Source of the DNA: Octopus vulgaris
Lineage: Eukaryota
DNA length: 64,000 bases
NCBI GenBank assembly: GCA_951406725.2
Contig: OX597832.1
Coordinates: forward strand, 33,480,001-33,544,000
Reading direction: 5' to 3'
In this document: piece after piece, positions 43,021-57,047 of the stretch
Layout: each line of letters begins with the position of its first letter
Position numbering within the stretch: position 1 is the stretch's first letter
Notes under the pieces: model-generated
What the model was told of the DNA's origin: nothing
Database searches by the model: none
Seen by the model: the letters and a program-made list of their open reading frames with translations, nothing else
Program-made: the position numbers and the translations under genes

Positions 43021-45573
43021 TTTTATGTATAAGCGATTATGATCCACTTTTAATCTAAGATTTCCCGCCAACAGGGGAAGTTCCGTTTCTAAACATCGGA
43101 CAGTGTGGCAATAATGGAATTCATACAAGGGCGTCTCGTATATAGCCATCTACATTCATATGGACAAGCGCACTTATATATTTATATATGCCCCTTAATT
43201 GTAGGGTCTATACATGTACATATGTCTCTGTGCACGCGCGCGGGTGCTCCCGTGTGTATGTGAATGTGTGCCCGTGCGCACTTTTGAGCGTGTGTTTGTG
43301 TGATAAAGTATGATATGCTTTGTTAAGAATCAGATATGGTTTTCGGAGAAAGGATTTCGTTAGCGAATACCGAAAGTATCAGTGTAGTGGATATATTTGA
43401 ACGAATAATGAAAGCAAATGGCAATGGTTTTAATACATGATTAGATCCTAGCAAGAATATGTGTTAACTGAAATGGTAAAGGAAGTAGAATTAGAAACAA
43501 TAAACGAATGACTAATGACCATCGTGAAACTTTCCGGTTAACAAACGAATTAACAGATTTCGGAAATGATAAATAAATGCAGACGGTTTAGTAAGTTTTC
43601 AAAGTTCGATTGAATGGCTGATAAATTCTCTTCAAAAGTAGTCTCGTCGGAAACTGGACTTGATTCTACTTAATAAACATTTATTTAGGTAAACTTCATA
43701 CTCAAGATTATAAAGAATTGGAAAGACACATCCTTAGAAAGCGGACTTCATTGGGAGACATCCAATATGCAAGGAATAGCCAAAAATGAAAAAGGTAAAT
43801 GAACAAATCAAAAACGGAGAATCCACTCTGGAAGCAGGGAAAAGAGTACATGGAACGGAATCACTGGCGAAAGGCACAGGGATTATGATAATCCACATGA
43901 AATCTTTCTGCAAGAAAATGAAGCATTTCAAACCGAAACCAAGATTTATGAAACGGACGGTTTTCACTCTCACAGGAATCCAAGAATACAAAGAAGAAAT
44001 AGGAGCCAAAGCTGTTTGACATACAATGAATTTGAAGGACAGAGGAAAATAGAATATAAGTATATAAGTTAACCAGTAAGGCTAACCATCGGAAACTGCC
44101 TTCTATACGTATACAAAATAAGTTAAACGAAGTCTTTATTATCTTCACTAAGTCACATATAATGTAGGCCATTGCTTTTATTTGTATTTATCATGCAGAA
44201 CACCTCACCGCAAACCAATAAAATGTGGTTTGGGACTAAATTGTTGATAATTGCTATCGCTCTATCTTTGATGTTTGTTCAATTCTTAGTTTTGCTAATT
44301 GAGTAAAATGTACTTGAGTTCTAATAACACAGAAATATGCATGTCGTTCCACCAATTAGACTTAAGACCATACACTCTCCATATACTGTTTTCCTTATAT
44401 ATTGTAAAATTTCACTAATTTCATGATGAAGTTGTTTCTATTGCTTATTGTTATTTGAGTGATTATTTTTGTCAATTAACAGCATGGATACTACCATTCA
44501 ATAGATATATTTGTAACCCATGATATCAAATGGGTGACACCCTAGTGTGATGTAATGTAAAGTTGTGGATAGATGTTAGCTAGTCCAAACTTGTAGAATC
44601 AAGTATTTTGTTTCTGAAGAGAATTCTTATGAACTGTTTCTATTTTTATTGCATTCATAACTTCCATCTTGTTTATTTCAAACAAAGAACATCGTATGAA
44701 TATGGCAAGGTTTCTGTTGGTTTACAAGTGGCCTCAAACTTTATTCTCAAAACAACAAGACAAATATAGCAGAGTAAAGTTTGGTATGAAGATATGCTCT
44801 AGGCCTGAGAAAGTGAAGAATGGGAGCGAAGCAGAGTAAGATACATCTCTGCAGGTAACAAATTAATTAGAACATAGAAAAAAACATGGTTGGCGTTAAT
44901 ATGTAATTGTTTGTATTTAAGGAGATCAAACAGATATGAAACGATGGGGAAAGATGAAGAGGTACTTAAGTAGATGGAGTATATCGTGAGAAAATTCAGA
45001 AACTAATTGAGAGAAACGGCTTTAAAAATACAAATAAACAACTTCTCTGAAATATTTAGCACGGAGGAAGATCACTGCATTCATAAAGCATTATTGATAA
45101 ATAAATATTTATATAGTGCAGAGGGAAACTATAGAAAATAGAGCTTTACTTAACGTAGGACAAGAATGCGTAGGAACATTCTGGAGTGTAAGGATTGTTG
45201 CAAGGCAGTTGTAGTTCTCTGGTGAATGCAATGAGGTCTTTTTTAATTAGATGCTCTTTTCATAAAATCGTACCTTTCATATCTTACTGTTATCCTTCCT
45301 CTATCATAGACGTGACGACTGTTGGAAAGGCATACACAATCGAGGAAATTTAATTCCATGTTTATCATTTCAAAGTGGTCTCCGATAAAGAACAGGAAAT
45401 AGGGATTATAGAGAACTTTCAGTTTAGACCAACAAAGCCTAATCATCAATTAGAGCCAGCCTTTTAATGTTATACAGGGTATGCAGCCTCTCAGTTTCGA
45501 TTCCAATTGGAGCCATGATTTATAACATCTGCCTAGATATCACAAGTACAAATCCAGTCCAAAGGCTAGTTAT

Positions 45574-45618
<45 letters not shown>

Positions 45619-45751
45619 CATACGTACATACATATATATAAGTGTGAGAGTGTATATATATGCGTGTATTATATATATATATATATATATGTGTGTGTGA
45701 GTGTGTATATACATGCGTGTGTGTGTGTATGAATATATATATATATGTATG

Positions 45752-45790
<39 letters not shown>

Positions 45791-45898
45791 GTGTAAAATC
45801 AAAACTCTCTATATCTGTTTATATATGCATACATATAATCGTTTTTACATAGGTATATATAAGTTTATATACATATAATCACTTTTATGTGTGTATGC

Positions 45899-45997
<99 letters not shown>

Positions 45998-48234
45998 CAG
46001 TTGTAATGTCTTTATCGAATAACTCAATTATGATTCTTGACTAGTTTTTCGATTTACAAAATATCCCGGCTAATGGAAAACAGTGTGGAACAGATAAAAA
46101 GGATAAGAATTATTAATTTTAAAAATAACCATGGTGATGCTTGTGATGATGATGATTGCGATAATAAAGCTGATGACGAGGATGATGATGATGATGATGG
46201 TGCTGGCGACAAAGAAGAGGCTATAGACTGATGATGTCGATTTCCTAAATATCAATAATAATAAGAAGAATTATTATTATTATTATTTTGGCAAGAGTAA
46301 CAACAATAACAAATGTAGTCATAATATCTATGGTGTCAATGCAAACTATACTGCTACCGCTGATGTTGATGATGATGATGATGATGATGGTGATGTTGAT
46401 GATGATGATGATGATGATGTGACAATGATGATGACGACGTTGCCGCTGAGGATAACGCCTATCGTACACTAGATTTTGGATAGCGATTCAATTAACGGCA
46501 GAAATACTTCAAACCGGCTTCTTTCTGTCTCCATATAACAACTCGTGGTAATTTGAACACTGCTTAAACATCTTTGCTAAGCACACACACCTCATGTATA
46601 TACATGTGTGTGTATGTGTGTGTGTGCGTGTGTGTGTGAGTGTGTGTGAGTGTGTGTGCAGTGAGAGGGGGGAGAGAGGGGAGTGAGAATCATTTAGGAA
46701 TCGAAAGCATATTTTGTTTTCTTGCTATTAACTTTCTACTTTCGATCTCAATTATTTCAGCGTCTTTCTTTTGGAGAAACTTCAGAAATTTTTAGTGCAA
46801 ATTTTAATATACATCACACTAACACACACACACACACATACACACACACACACTCATACACACACACAAACACACACACACTCATGCACACACCCAAACA
46901 CACACGCACACACACATACGCACGCGCGCACACACACACTCACACACACGCACACACACATACACGCACACATGCACACACATACATATATGTATGACTA
47001 TGAAATAGCTTACAAAAATGTTGTACGGATTTTAAAGATTATTAAACTAATTTCGTAGAGTATCCGTTTCATTAGATTTTATCGTTAGAAGCATATAATT
47101 AATGAAAATAAAATAAAACATTAACGGAGGTTCAATGTCGGTAAAGACGAACTAGATATGGATCTAAAATATATGTCTTACCTTCTTGTAGCTGGCATTT
47201 CACGTCACCATATTGATAGTTAGAACAGAGCAAAAATTAAAGCGATGTTTTATGAGGAAGGAGACGGGCGGACACAATAACCTTTACAGTTAAGTCTGTA
47301 GCATGACGCGTTCAAATCGCAAAGAAGGTTAACGTTGCCTTTTATTTTCCTAGGGTCGTTAAGATAATTAATAGTTATCTACTTTTATCATCTGTTGTCA
47401 ACAATAACCCCCTCCCGCTCAAAATACTCCATCTGACTTCGTTAGAAATTCAAACATTCTCGATGTTACGGAAATTTTGCTGTACACAGATCTTGCCATA
47501 AACCTTCATTCCGTAACCAGAAATCTGCTTTCCTGCCTGGTTACGTTGACATTGACATCTTGTGATTCTATCAATGCCGGGAAACATTAAAAATATCTCC
47601 GTCTGTCTCCATACGACTTCAGATATTTATTTACATATTGTGCTAAAACACCGGATATACGATATGAGAAATACGTTTAATTAATATGGATTAACCAGTT
47701 GAATTTAATCTATTATTTCAGAGGGGATTATTCGTCAATGTAGATATCTGCAAAGCAAATACGTCTTTATTCGTAGAATTAGGTGGACCGAGGTACGTAA
47801 ATGCTATTCTTTTTATCGATAACGGAGAATACTTCACAATCATTTGACCTAATACCACCATCAATCAGCAACAATCGAACAACCGATGGACTCCAGTGTT
47901 TCAAGGACATCGATCTCGCGCTGTCTTGCCCGCAGTACGATCTGCGAAATCCACGACACGGTTCCTACCTCCACACGAGACCTAAAAAGCGAAAGAAACT
48001 CTAATTTAATTTATTTTCCTGGAAATTCTAGAAATATATTCTCCAATGTGCCTTTCTCCTTTTAATATCCTGCAGACGATCAAGGAATAAATTTGGATAC
48101 ACCTCACGAGTCAATGTATAGATGGCGTTGCTAGTCCATTCCATCTCCTTAAATATCGTTAGAATATGCAAAACGGTTTTATCAGTGAGTAGGGTGCATG
48201 CATGTAATTATTGCTATTATTAGAGTTGGTCAAA

Positions 48235-48445
48235 GGCGGCGAGCCAGAGAATAGTGCGTCGAAGAAAGGTTTAGCACCATTTCGTCGCCCACGTTACGTT
48301 CTGAGTTCAAATTTGACCATGATCGACTTTGCCATTTATCCTTTCGTTATCAATAAAATAAAAATCAGTTCACGACTGGGTGTCGATATAATCGATGTAA
48401 TCCGTCCCCTCTAAAAACGCTAACCGTTTATCAACATTTGAAAAG
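48235..48445 (+). mobile_element. Nin-domain-like SINE
   Basis: ggcggcgagcc..ttacgttctgagttcaaattt..atcgactttgccatttatcctttcg..ctgggtgtcgatataatcga. Confidence 0.82.
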
Positions 48446-50389
48446 ATCATTATTACAATTGTTACTGATTTAATTCATGCTTCACACAAATCAGGCAAGT
48501 TCAGTAAAGGCTTATGAGAACAGCTTTCCTTTCTAACGATATAAAAATTATAGACTGATACTCTAATATTTGCGAAGTAGGAGTGTAGTGGGAACTGAGG
48601 GTAACTTTGCATCTAATATTTGAATTAGGAGGACATGTTCTAAATAAGAACCAAATAAAAAATGTGTAGAAAAGCACAATAATGTGGATCCCTGCATTTG
48701 GAACATTAATCAACTTCAATAATTTAAGTGTATTAAAAGTATTATTTATGCCAAGTGGGAGTCGATTGTCAAGATAAAATAAATAACGTAATAAATATTT
48801 AAACGGTTTTAATTCATCAAATATAAAACTTAATTACTTAATACATTTCACAAAAGTTGACCCAAGTTGCCTCCATGGTGGTCTTTGGCATGTTGGTAGA
48901 GTATGGAACACTGTCTTTTGTCGTCATATTGTCTCAAATGTTCATTTAGTCTTTCTGCAATTCTCCTAGATGTCTCCCCTATGTATGTCATGTTCATGTC
49001 TTTACAAGCATCTTCTATGCAGCTTATGCTGTAAAATACATACTGTAAACTAAATCTGCATCATATCCAAGCACCCAAAAGACCCAACACTCAGACAAAT
49101 ACGGGAGTACGTCCTTATAAATGAAACCTCCCCAATACTAAATAAGAAATATAAATAGTAGATATAATACCTCCACATCCACAGTTTACACAGGTAGAGT
49201 AGAATAGTTAGCAGACTGTTATGTAGATTTATGTAGATAGATGTATATATGTGTGTGTGTGTGTATGTATGCACGTATTTTTTTATGTTAGCATATGGAT
49301 ATGAAAATAAACAGATCAACATAGAGACGGATAGGTATATAGTTTATAAGAACAGACAAGCACACGTACGCAAATGGAGACTAACACTCATGATCATATA
49401 TAGACACACTTTACTCCACTCAAGGACAAATGGAGACACGAATCCACACATATAGAGATGCACATCGATCCATACATACAAACATGGAACATAGATGCAT
49501 AACACACACACGCACACACACAGACAGACATGCACACACAAGGAAACAGAGGTGTATACATATACAAACACGCTCATACACACGCATACATACATATAAT
49601 ATACAGAAACACGGACATGCAAGCACATGAATATACAGGCTACATACATACAGATGAACACACATAAATACATTAATACACATACATACATACATACATA
49701 CACACATACATACGTACATGCATGTATGCATAGGCACACACACACTGACCCACACACATGCGCACAAACAAACAAAAGGGAACGCAGTGTAAATAACGGA
49801 CAGAATCAAGACTATTGAAAAGGTTGCATTTGTATAAGAAAAGTGAGTGCGAAAAAGAAATAAATCGAAAATCGAAATCAAGTATTTGAAATTAAATCAG
49901 GTCGATCAGGGAATACCGAAGCCAACCAAAATGCGGAATCAACAAGAATCATAGGAATGTCAGAGACGCGCAGACGCTTTGTATATTTCAAATAATTTGA
50001 GGTGAATGATAAATAATATTCTTTTGAAAATTTATCTAATTAAACGTCGGCCATTTAATCAAACATGGAACATATTAATTACAGGTGAATGCAAGATGAA
50101 AGAAAAATCTTGCAGGTGTTTTGGAATAATAGAATTAAAGAATAAATGAATCATAATGGTTAGTGTTTCGGAAGAAAAAGTTATCGATAAATTATTTATT
50201 CGCAGACACTTTACTGCAACTCGGAGAGTAATGCATTTGTCGTCAGTTAAAATAAATAGGTTTTTCTCCTTATGGGAATATTTAAACAAATCGATTTCTA
50301 TATATCCACATAATATGCAAAAACAACAACCTAAAACAAAAGTCTATTGCTGTACTCATACACGTAGTATTTAAAGCTGTGAGAGTGGT

Positions 50390-50520
50390 AAAATCGAGGG
50401 CGCGTCGGATAGAACGTTTACCGCATTTTTTCATGCTTTTTACGTTCTGTGTTCAAATTCCGTCAAAGTCAACATAATTTCTTTCCCTTCGGGAACGATA
50501 AAATATAATGCCAGTCAATT
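50390..50520 (+). mobile_element. Old SINE fragment, same family
   Basis: ttacgttctgtgttcaaattccgtcaaagtcaac..cccttcgggaacgataaaat. Confidence 0.7.
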
Positions 50521-53500
50521 AATTATTACCTCCCTTCTGAGCAGTTGGTATTTAACCATGCAACGGACTGGTGACTCTTTTAGTGTGCTATATAGTGACC
50601 TCGATCACTTGTAAGGTGTGGAAACCGGGTAGCCAGCCTTATGTTTCCCAGGGATCTAGAAACACAAAAACAAAAAAAAATAGACAAAGAAACATAAATA
50701 ATTATAACACAAATGATCTGATATGCCAAAAATGCTGGGGAGAAAATGAACTGCTATGTTTTTATAAATGTGGTTCAATTAATTGAAGTATATGTCGCAA
50801 TTTAATCCTACTTAATAGCATTTTTAAAACAAAATATGTTTTTAAAACATTTTGCATGAAATTTTATGAGAAATAAAAAGCATGAAAAATCGCCAGTTTT
50901 CTCCTTTTTTTTTGCCATTATAGTGAACGTCAGGATAAAATAGAAGTGGGTAGTATTATACCCAGTGAAGAATCGTCAGAGAGTTGTTTTTGGACAGATT
51001 TTTATGACATAAAGGATTTTTTTGTTTTAAAGTATTGAATATATCAGGTGCTGTAATTTTATGCTTCGTTTAATAGGTCTGTATAATCAATTTCTTTAAT
51101 GCAGTGCTTAAATCCAGCTTATTACAATATGGATAGCTAGAGTATGTCTGTTTTATTTACTCTCGTGTTATGAGTTCAAAGCCAAAGAAAACAATATAAA
51201 CACGATGATTAAAAATATTAGCTCAATTCTTTAAGAAGGATACATAACATATCCTGATAACTACAAACTATAGAACAACAAACATATTCTCTTTAAATGT
51301 ATCAAAAATGTTTCCAGTAAACGGGAAAAGGGGATCTAGAATTAGAGGAAAAATAACTACAAGAAGTGACGACAAAATCCTATTAATTCTTAGTTATAGA
51401 CGGAGGGAGAAAAAAGTTGTTGGGAATTACTAAAGACAGATCCAAACTCAATTAGAAGTTGAGAAAGTCTTTGGAAGTTCATTGTGGCCCATTTCATTTT
51501 GACCAGGAAATTGTTTGTATGCAGATACCCTCTCATCAACCAATCAAGGTTCAGAATGGATTAGCTGAAGGGAGAGAGAGCACTTAACCGAGATCTCATT
51601 ACTGGGGAATGAACTGGAGAAAGGTGAAATGATGAACCTTGCTCAAAGTTACAATGTTTTGTTTCCCAGAGCAGGAATGGAACTGACGTATTTATGGTTG
51701 TAAATTGATTTATAATTTGCATTCTGAAGTTGAGTGCCATTACACGTCTCGAATATTAAAATGGTGTGTACTCCCACGCTACACACACAAACACACACAT
51801 GCAAATATATATATATATATATATGCATATGTATGTATATACGTATGTATGCATGTAAGTATGCATCTGTGTATGTATGTATGTGTGTGTGCACAAATAT
51901 TATTCCCTACGTATACACACACAAGTACATATATGTGCATATGCCTATTGTTTGATATATCTATCTTTTTACACCTAGTTCCATAATATATAATATCAAT
52001 AAGGATGTATATTTATGCTATACCGCCACCGGACGTGTAGAGATAGTCACATGATAGCATTTATTGATTGCTTTATATATCTAAATTTAATTACTATATT
52101 GATATCTAAATCCTTGTGCGTAACCATCTTTCACTTTCTCCTCCCCCTCTCTCTTTTTGTCTGTCTCGCTCTCTCTCTAAACACACACACACACACACAC
52201 ATATATATGAATACATATCTTATATATAGATATAGATATATCTTGGAGAGATATATTTGTTCTGATCGTGAATATGGCTGAGCTCTTCTTGAATTTTACT
52301 GTTTTTACCTTTATTTATATTTTGTAATTAAATCAGTTGCAATGTTTATTACATTATCTATTTTGTCATGCTAATTGTGTCCCTGTGGACAGTTCTTACT
52401 TGTCGTTCTATATCGAAACTGATTTATTATTTATAGATGTAAATGAATCAATATTAACACCTACGCTGCTCTCAGTGATATCTGAGATGGCCGAGCGAAC
52501 CGCAAATATGAGAACCACCTCGAATCAGAAGCCACTCAGTTCTCTTGCAATCATTACACTTCGAATAAAATCGTACTCTTTATCATTTTCATTTACGCTA
52601 CCTTTTAATGTGTATCTTTGAAGCTGGTCTGGGTGGACGGTTTGACAGGCTGACGTGGGTGTGAAGACTGCATTGTGTTGCAATATTTTCGTTAGTAGAA
52701 TTGCTATGGCCCTGATCTCCTTGCTAACTCTAACCACTTCACAGAGTGTACTCAGAATTTTGTTGTTGTTGTTTTTCCATATCACCAACATCAATGAGGT
52801 CATCGTGTAACTGGCAAGGCTAAAATTACCTTCGACTAAGAAAGAATAGAATAAGAGGGGCCGGCTATATGCAGGCATATGAAATGTGAATGTTCTAGAA
52901 ACGGGGGCTTTCACAGAGCTAATTCATTGCTGTAGAAAACATTCATCGTTATTCACCTCATGGAAGACTGATTTGGATCAACCAAGTGGAACCAAATGAG
53001 CGATAAGACAGTCATGAGATGGTGTCAGGGCGAAGCCTCACTGTTTGTCAAAATAAATAGATGAGGTAGTTACAGGGTTTTGTGTCTTCAGTCATGCAAC
53101 TTCTGAATCAAGGCAAACTGTGTGCTAAACACTAACAACAACAACAACCGACTACAGTGAAAGAAGATATTAGTTTGATATTGTAAGCATATTTCAAAAC
53201 AATGAACATCGTTAAAATTTGTCGACATTTTGTTTCGAGTAACAAACGGTAGCGTGTCCCCCAAAAAGGTGTCACTTGTAATTTCCAAAATATCGCAGAT
53301 GTTAAAACACCAAGCAAAAAAGAACAGAAAGAAACCGTCTTCACTGCATACTTCATCGTTTTGTTCACTCGTCCTGTCAATTACTTAGGTTCGATCGGAG
53401 GTTTCGGATCCTTAGTGAAACAATTTCCCCTCCCGCATAAGGGGGATGCTGGAAACTGGTGATTAATGAATTATGATCAGCAGTACGATACATACACGCA

Positions 53501-54092
53501 TACATAGTTACATACATACCAACACATACGCGCACACACAAGCACACATACACGTACATGCACACACGCACACACAAACAGAGAGGGAGAGAGAGAGACA
53601 AATACCTGCACGCAAGTATACACACGTACAGAACAGAGAAGATAGCTTAGATATACGAACACATGAACTCACAGAAACATATCTATGTACACGCGCACAT
53701 ACACACAGACATATTGTAGATATTAGTATATGTCTATATAAATATACAAACAAACACTATATATATAAATATACATATGTATATATGCATATATATATAT
53801 ATACATACATACACATGTACATATATATATATATATATATATATAGGGTAAGATTATTAATAATAACAATTTAACCAATTCAGTACGTTGAAAACACATT
53901 TTAGTTTAATTATACACAATATTCAATAATTATATACATAATTATAATGAGGGGTCTGCTAATTACTTCGCCACGTACTGAATTAGAAATAGACGCAACT
54001 TTCTTTTCAACTATCATAAGAACCCCAAGAAAATAACACTTTTTTTAATGTAGGCAAAAGGGAAAATGATGAAGGAAATTCGACAGCGAATA

Positions 54093-54154
54093 ATTACAGA
54101 CGCGTTTCCAACTTAAAGTAAAACATAATTACCTTTTGTTCTCATCAGTGTAAT
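54093..54154 (-). ncRNA. Type I hammerhead ribozyme, near intact
   Basis: AUUACA-CUGAUGA-gAAC aa AAGGUAA uuauguu UUACUUU aa GUUg-GAAA-CGCG-UC-UGUAAU; perfect 6-bp stem I and core; only the first stem II pair is G/G. Confidence 0.85.
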
Positions 54155-54528
54155 ATCCAAATATAAATTTGCAAGTGTTGGAATAAATATGCATGCAATC
54201 GAGCGTCGTCGCGTGACTAATATTTAACTTCACTTCCAACGTTATAGAGTCGAGCGTGATTCATATTTAAACTTTATACCCACGTATATGAAATGACTTA
54301 TCCCGCAGAAAACTGCGGTTTCGATCATGGAGTGACATATAATTTAATAATAATAATATACTGTAAGATCATTAATAATAATTATTTTACCAAGTAGTCA
54401 GTTCGTTAAAAGAACATTTTAGGAAAATTATACAAAATATTCTACAATTGGAACCCTGATAATCCGTTACTGCACTTTCTCAACATATCTATTCGTTTAG
54501 ATCACCAGTCAAGTAAATCACCATATTC

Positions 54529-54596
<68 letters not shown>

Positions 54597-54667
54597 CTGT
54601 CTAATAAAGGCCCGAAACATATGTACCGCTGAATCCTTCGCATCATGTTTTTATTTTATTTTGATCA

Positions 54668-54710
<43 letters not shown>

Positions 54711-55064
54711 AACATATATATGTACAAATATATATATATATATATATATAGTGGGTAGACCGATAGTTACAAGGATGTTTACATGAATATCAATATTATA
54801 TGCCGGCAACCGTGGAGATTGGCGACGTACCGTAAAGGGAATACAAAGGAGTGACAGAGAGAGAGAAATGAAAGAAAGGAAGAGACGTAAACAGAGACTA
54901 TGGCACTACAACCAGTCAGAAACAGTCTTCGCTACATTTGCGGTACCTGCAGAGGGAGTGTTTGTCCAGGATAGGACTACACAGCCACAGCAGGAAATGT
55001 ATCAGGACATGAAATATAAAAGCCGACTAGACTACTCATATATATGACAGAAAGGATGCCATAC

Positions 55065-55152
<88 letters not shown>

Positions 55153-55216
55153 GTATATGTATATATATAGTCTTAAACAAGAATATCATTGACAGTAGCT
55201 TCCAAGACTTGACCAG

Positions 55217-55268
55217 ATTGGTGAACGTCTGACGAAGGCTTGAGTGGCCGACATTTAGAAATCAGTCA
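55217..55268 (+). ncRNA. Degenerate hammerhead-like motif
   Basis: CTGACGA-a-GGCT tgagt GGCC-GAcA; distal gattggt/atcagtc pairing; GAAA mutated. Confidence 0.45.
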
Positions 55269-55422
55269 ATATTCCTGTTGAAGAGTAATAAATTTGCACT
55301 CTACGAAAATATAGATTAACCCATCAGATTAAAGTAAAATTGCTTTTATTATAAATAAACATAAAAGCAGGCATTAATATATATAATTGAATAAGAAGGA
55401 GTACGGTTAGACAGCTGTTTCA

Positions 55423-55527
55423 TAAACACTACACATGTTTCGATACAGCATAAATTCACATAGACAGGATTTAAATTATACAGTTTACCTGTATAACGGG
55501 ATCCAGTTGTATCTCCTCAGGTGATAT
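55423..55527 (-). ncRNA. Hammerhead ribozyme with extended stem II
   Basis: CAC-CUGAGGA-GAUACA[~60 nt incl. UUAUACAG guaaa CUGUAUAA]UGUAUC-GAAA-CAUGUG-UA-GUG; intact core, short stem I. Confidence 0.75.
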
Positions 55528-55684
55528 ACAATCGCTGTCCCCGTTAGTAAACATTTGACTTCGATGCTAGCACATCCAGCTGTTTTATTCAATTTTACTT
55601 TCACACCCGATGAATGCCTAAACCTAGACTTGAACTTACTACCAGCTATTTGGTAATTCTAACAGTGAACGAGCTCTAGTTTCA

Positions 55685-55840
55685 TTATTAACATTATTTA
55701 CATTATTTACGTTTGACGGATATTTGTCCTCATCTTGTATGTTGTTAGCACAACGTTTCGGCTGATGTACCCTCCAGCCTTCATCAGGTGTCTTGGGAAA
55801 TTTTGAACCTAGGTTCTCATTCCTAAGGTATTTTTCGATG
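55685..55840 (-). mobile_element. Inverted copy of the HHR-bearing module
   Basis: Reverse complement of 56034-56180, about 21 differences in ~147 nt by manual count. Confidence 0.9.
55747..55792 (-). ncRNA. Minimal type I hammerhead ribozyme
   Basis: GaCAC-CUGAUGA-a-GGCUG gaggguacau CAGCC-GAAA-CG-UU-GUGcU; palindromic AACGUU stem III. Confidence 0.82.
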
Positions 55841-55917
55841 CCCACGAGCATACGGCGTACTGGTTTAGAGCGCGGACTACTAACCCCAAGATTCCGACTT
55901 CGATTCCAGGCAGCGAT

Positions 55918-55975
<58 letters not shown>

Positions 55976-56205
55976 GTGATGATGATCATGATGATCATGA
56001 TCATGATCATGATACTAATAATAATAACAACAACATCGAAAAATACCTTAGGAATGAGAACCCAGGTTTGAAATTTCCCCAAGACATCTGAAAAGGGGTG
56101 GAGGATATATCAGCCGAAACGTTCTATTAAGAACAAACAAGATGAGGACAAATATCTGTCAATTCTAAATAATGTATATAATTCTTCATCTCTTAACTAT
56201 AGAAC
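55841..56205 (+). mobile_element. tRNA-headed SINE-like element: tRNA-like head, (AAT)n, HHR module
   Basis: Head 55841-55920 with A-box-like tacggcgtactgg and B-box-like gacttcgattcc; microsatellite 55921-56033; module with decayed HHR (CTGAAAA..CAGCC-GAAA-CG-TT, 56083-56128). Confidence 0.7.
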
Positions 56206-56362
56206 AAAATTCTATTTTGTACTCGACTACATTCCTAACGGAATACACCTTAAGTTATAAATATATTTACATATATAAATAATTCATTGTTAATAAATGC
56301 CAGGGCGCGTTGCGTTATATATATATATGTGTGTGTGTGTCTGTGTGTGTGTGTGTGTGTGT

Positions 56363-56397
<35 letters not shown>

Positions 56398-56473
56398 CAT
56401 ATATATATATTTATGTTTGTCCGCATGTATGTATGTAATGTATATTGCAACAGTAATTTTATATCTTGAACAT

Positions 56474-56533
56474 AGAGTTACCCAAGGTTTCGCATCCACA
56501 AAGCAAAGTCGTATGGACAGCTCTTCAGACTCT
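56474..56533 (-). ncRNA. Type I hammerhead ribozyme, fully canonical core
   Basis: AGAGU-CUGAAGA-GC u GUCCAUA cgacuuugcuu UGUGGAU GC-GAAA-CC uug GG-UA-ACUCU; all three stems pair; GUA site. Confidence 0.87.
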
Positions 56534-56910
56534 CTACATATTCTATTGGGGTTCAGCCTGTGTATTACTATGTGTTTGCCCTCTGTAATCTAAATGTCAT
56601 TAACCGGGCTTCTCTGTGTTCTGCTTGAGTATTTTGGCAGAGCATTAACGAGCCCTTCCGCTCATTGAGCTCCCGAGAGTGTACACCTGTTCGCTCCACT
56701 CTGCTGCATACCGTCTCCCACTAAACGGAGCAGGAGGATACACGCAAAGCGAAAGGATCACTGAAGGGGTGACAAATGAGTGATGAAAGATTTCCGGACA
56801 AGAACCAATATATAGTGCGTGTGTCTATTTGCCAAACTAAAAATGACCGTCCCGAAATTGAACAATATCGCTTTGAACAAACTGTTTCACATCAGGAATT
56901 CATAAATGTT

Positions 56911-56966
<56 letters not shown>

Positions 56967-57047
56967 TGTGTGTGTACGTATATATAGTTATTTTTTAAAC
57001 TCAACATTACAGGGATTGCCTGGTGTCTCAAGCTCCACACACTGAGA

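Noticed and set aside
43330-45240. Purine-rich stretches suggesting LINE ORF relics
   Set aside because: Too decayed to assign any motif.
54601-54625. CTaATaA-aggccc-GAAA-CATATG-TA as a standalone feature
   Set aside because: Two core changes and no stem I or II; counted only as a possible relic within the hotspot.
55841-55920. Functional tRNA gene
   Set aside because: Acceptor and anticodon stems do not pair and the boxes are degenerate; treated as a SINE head.
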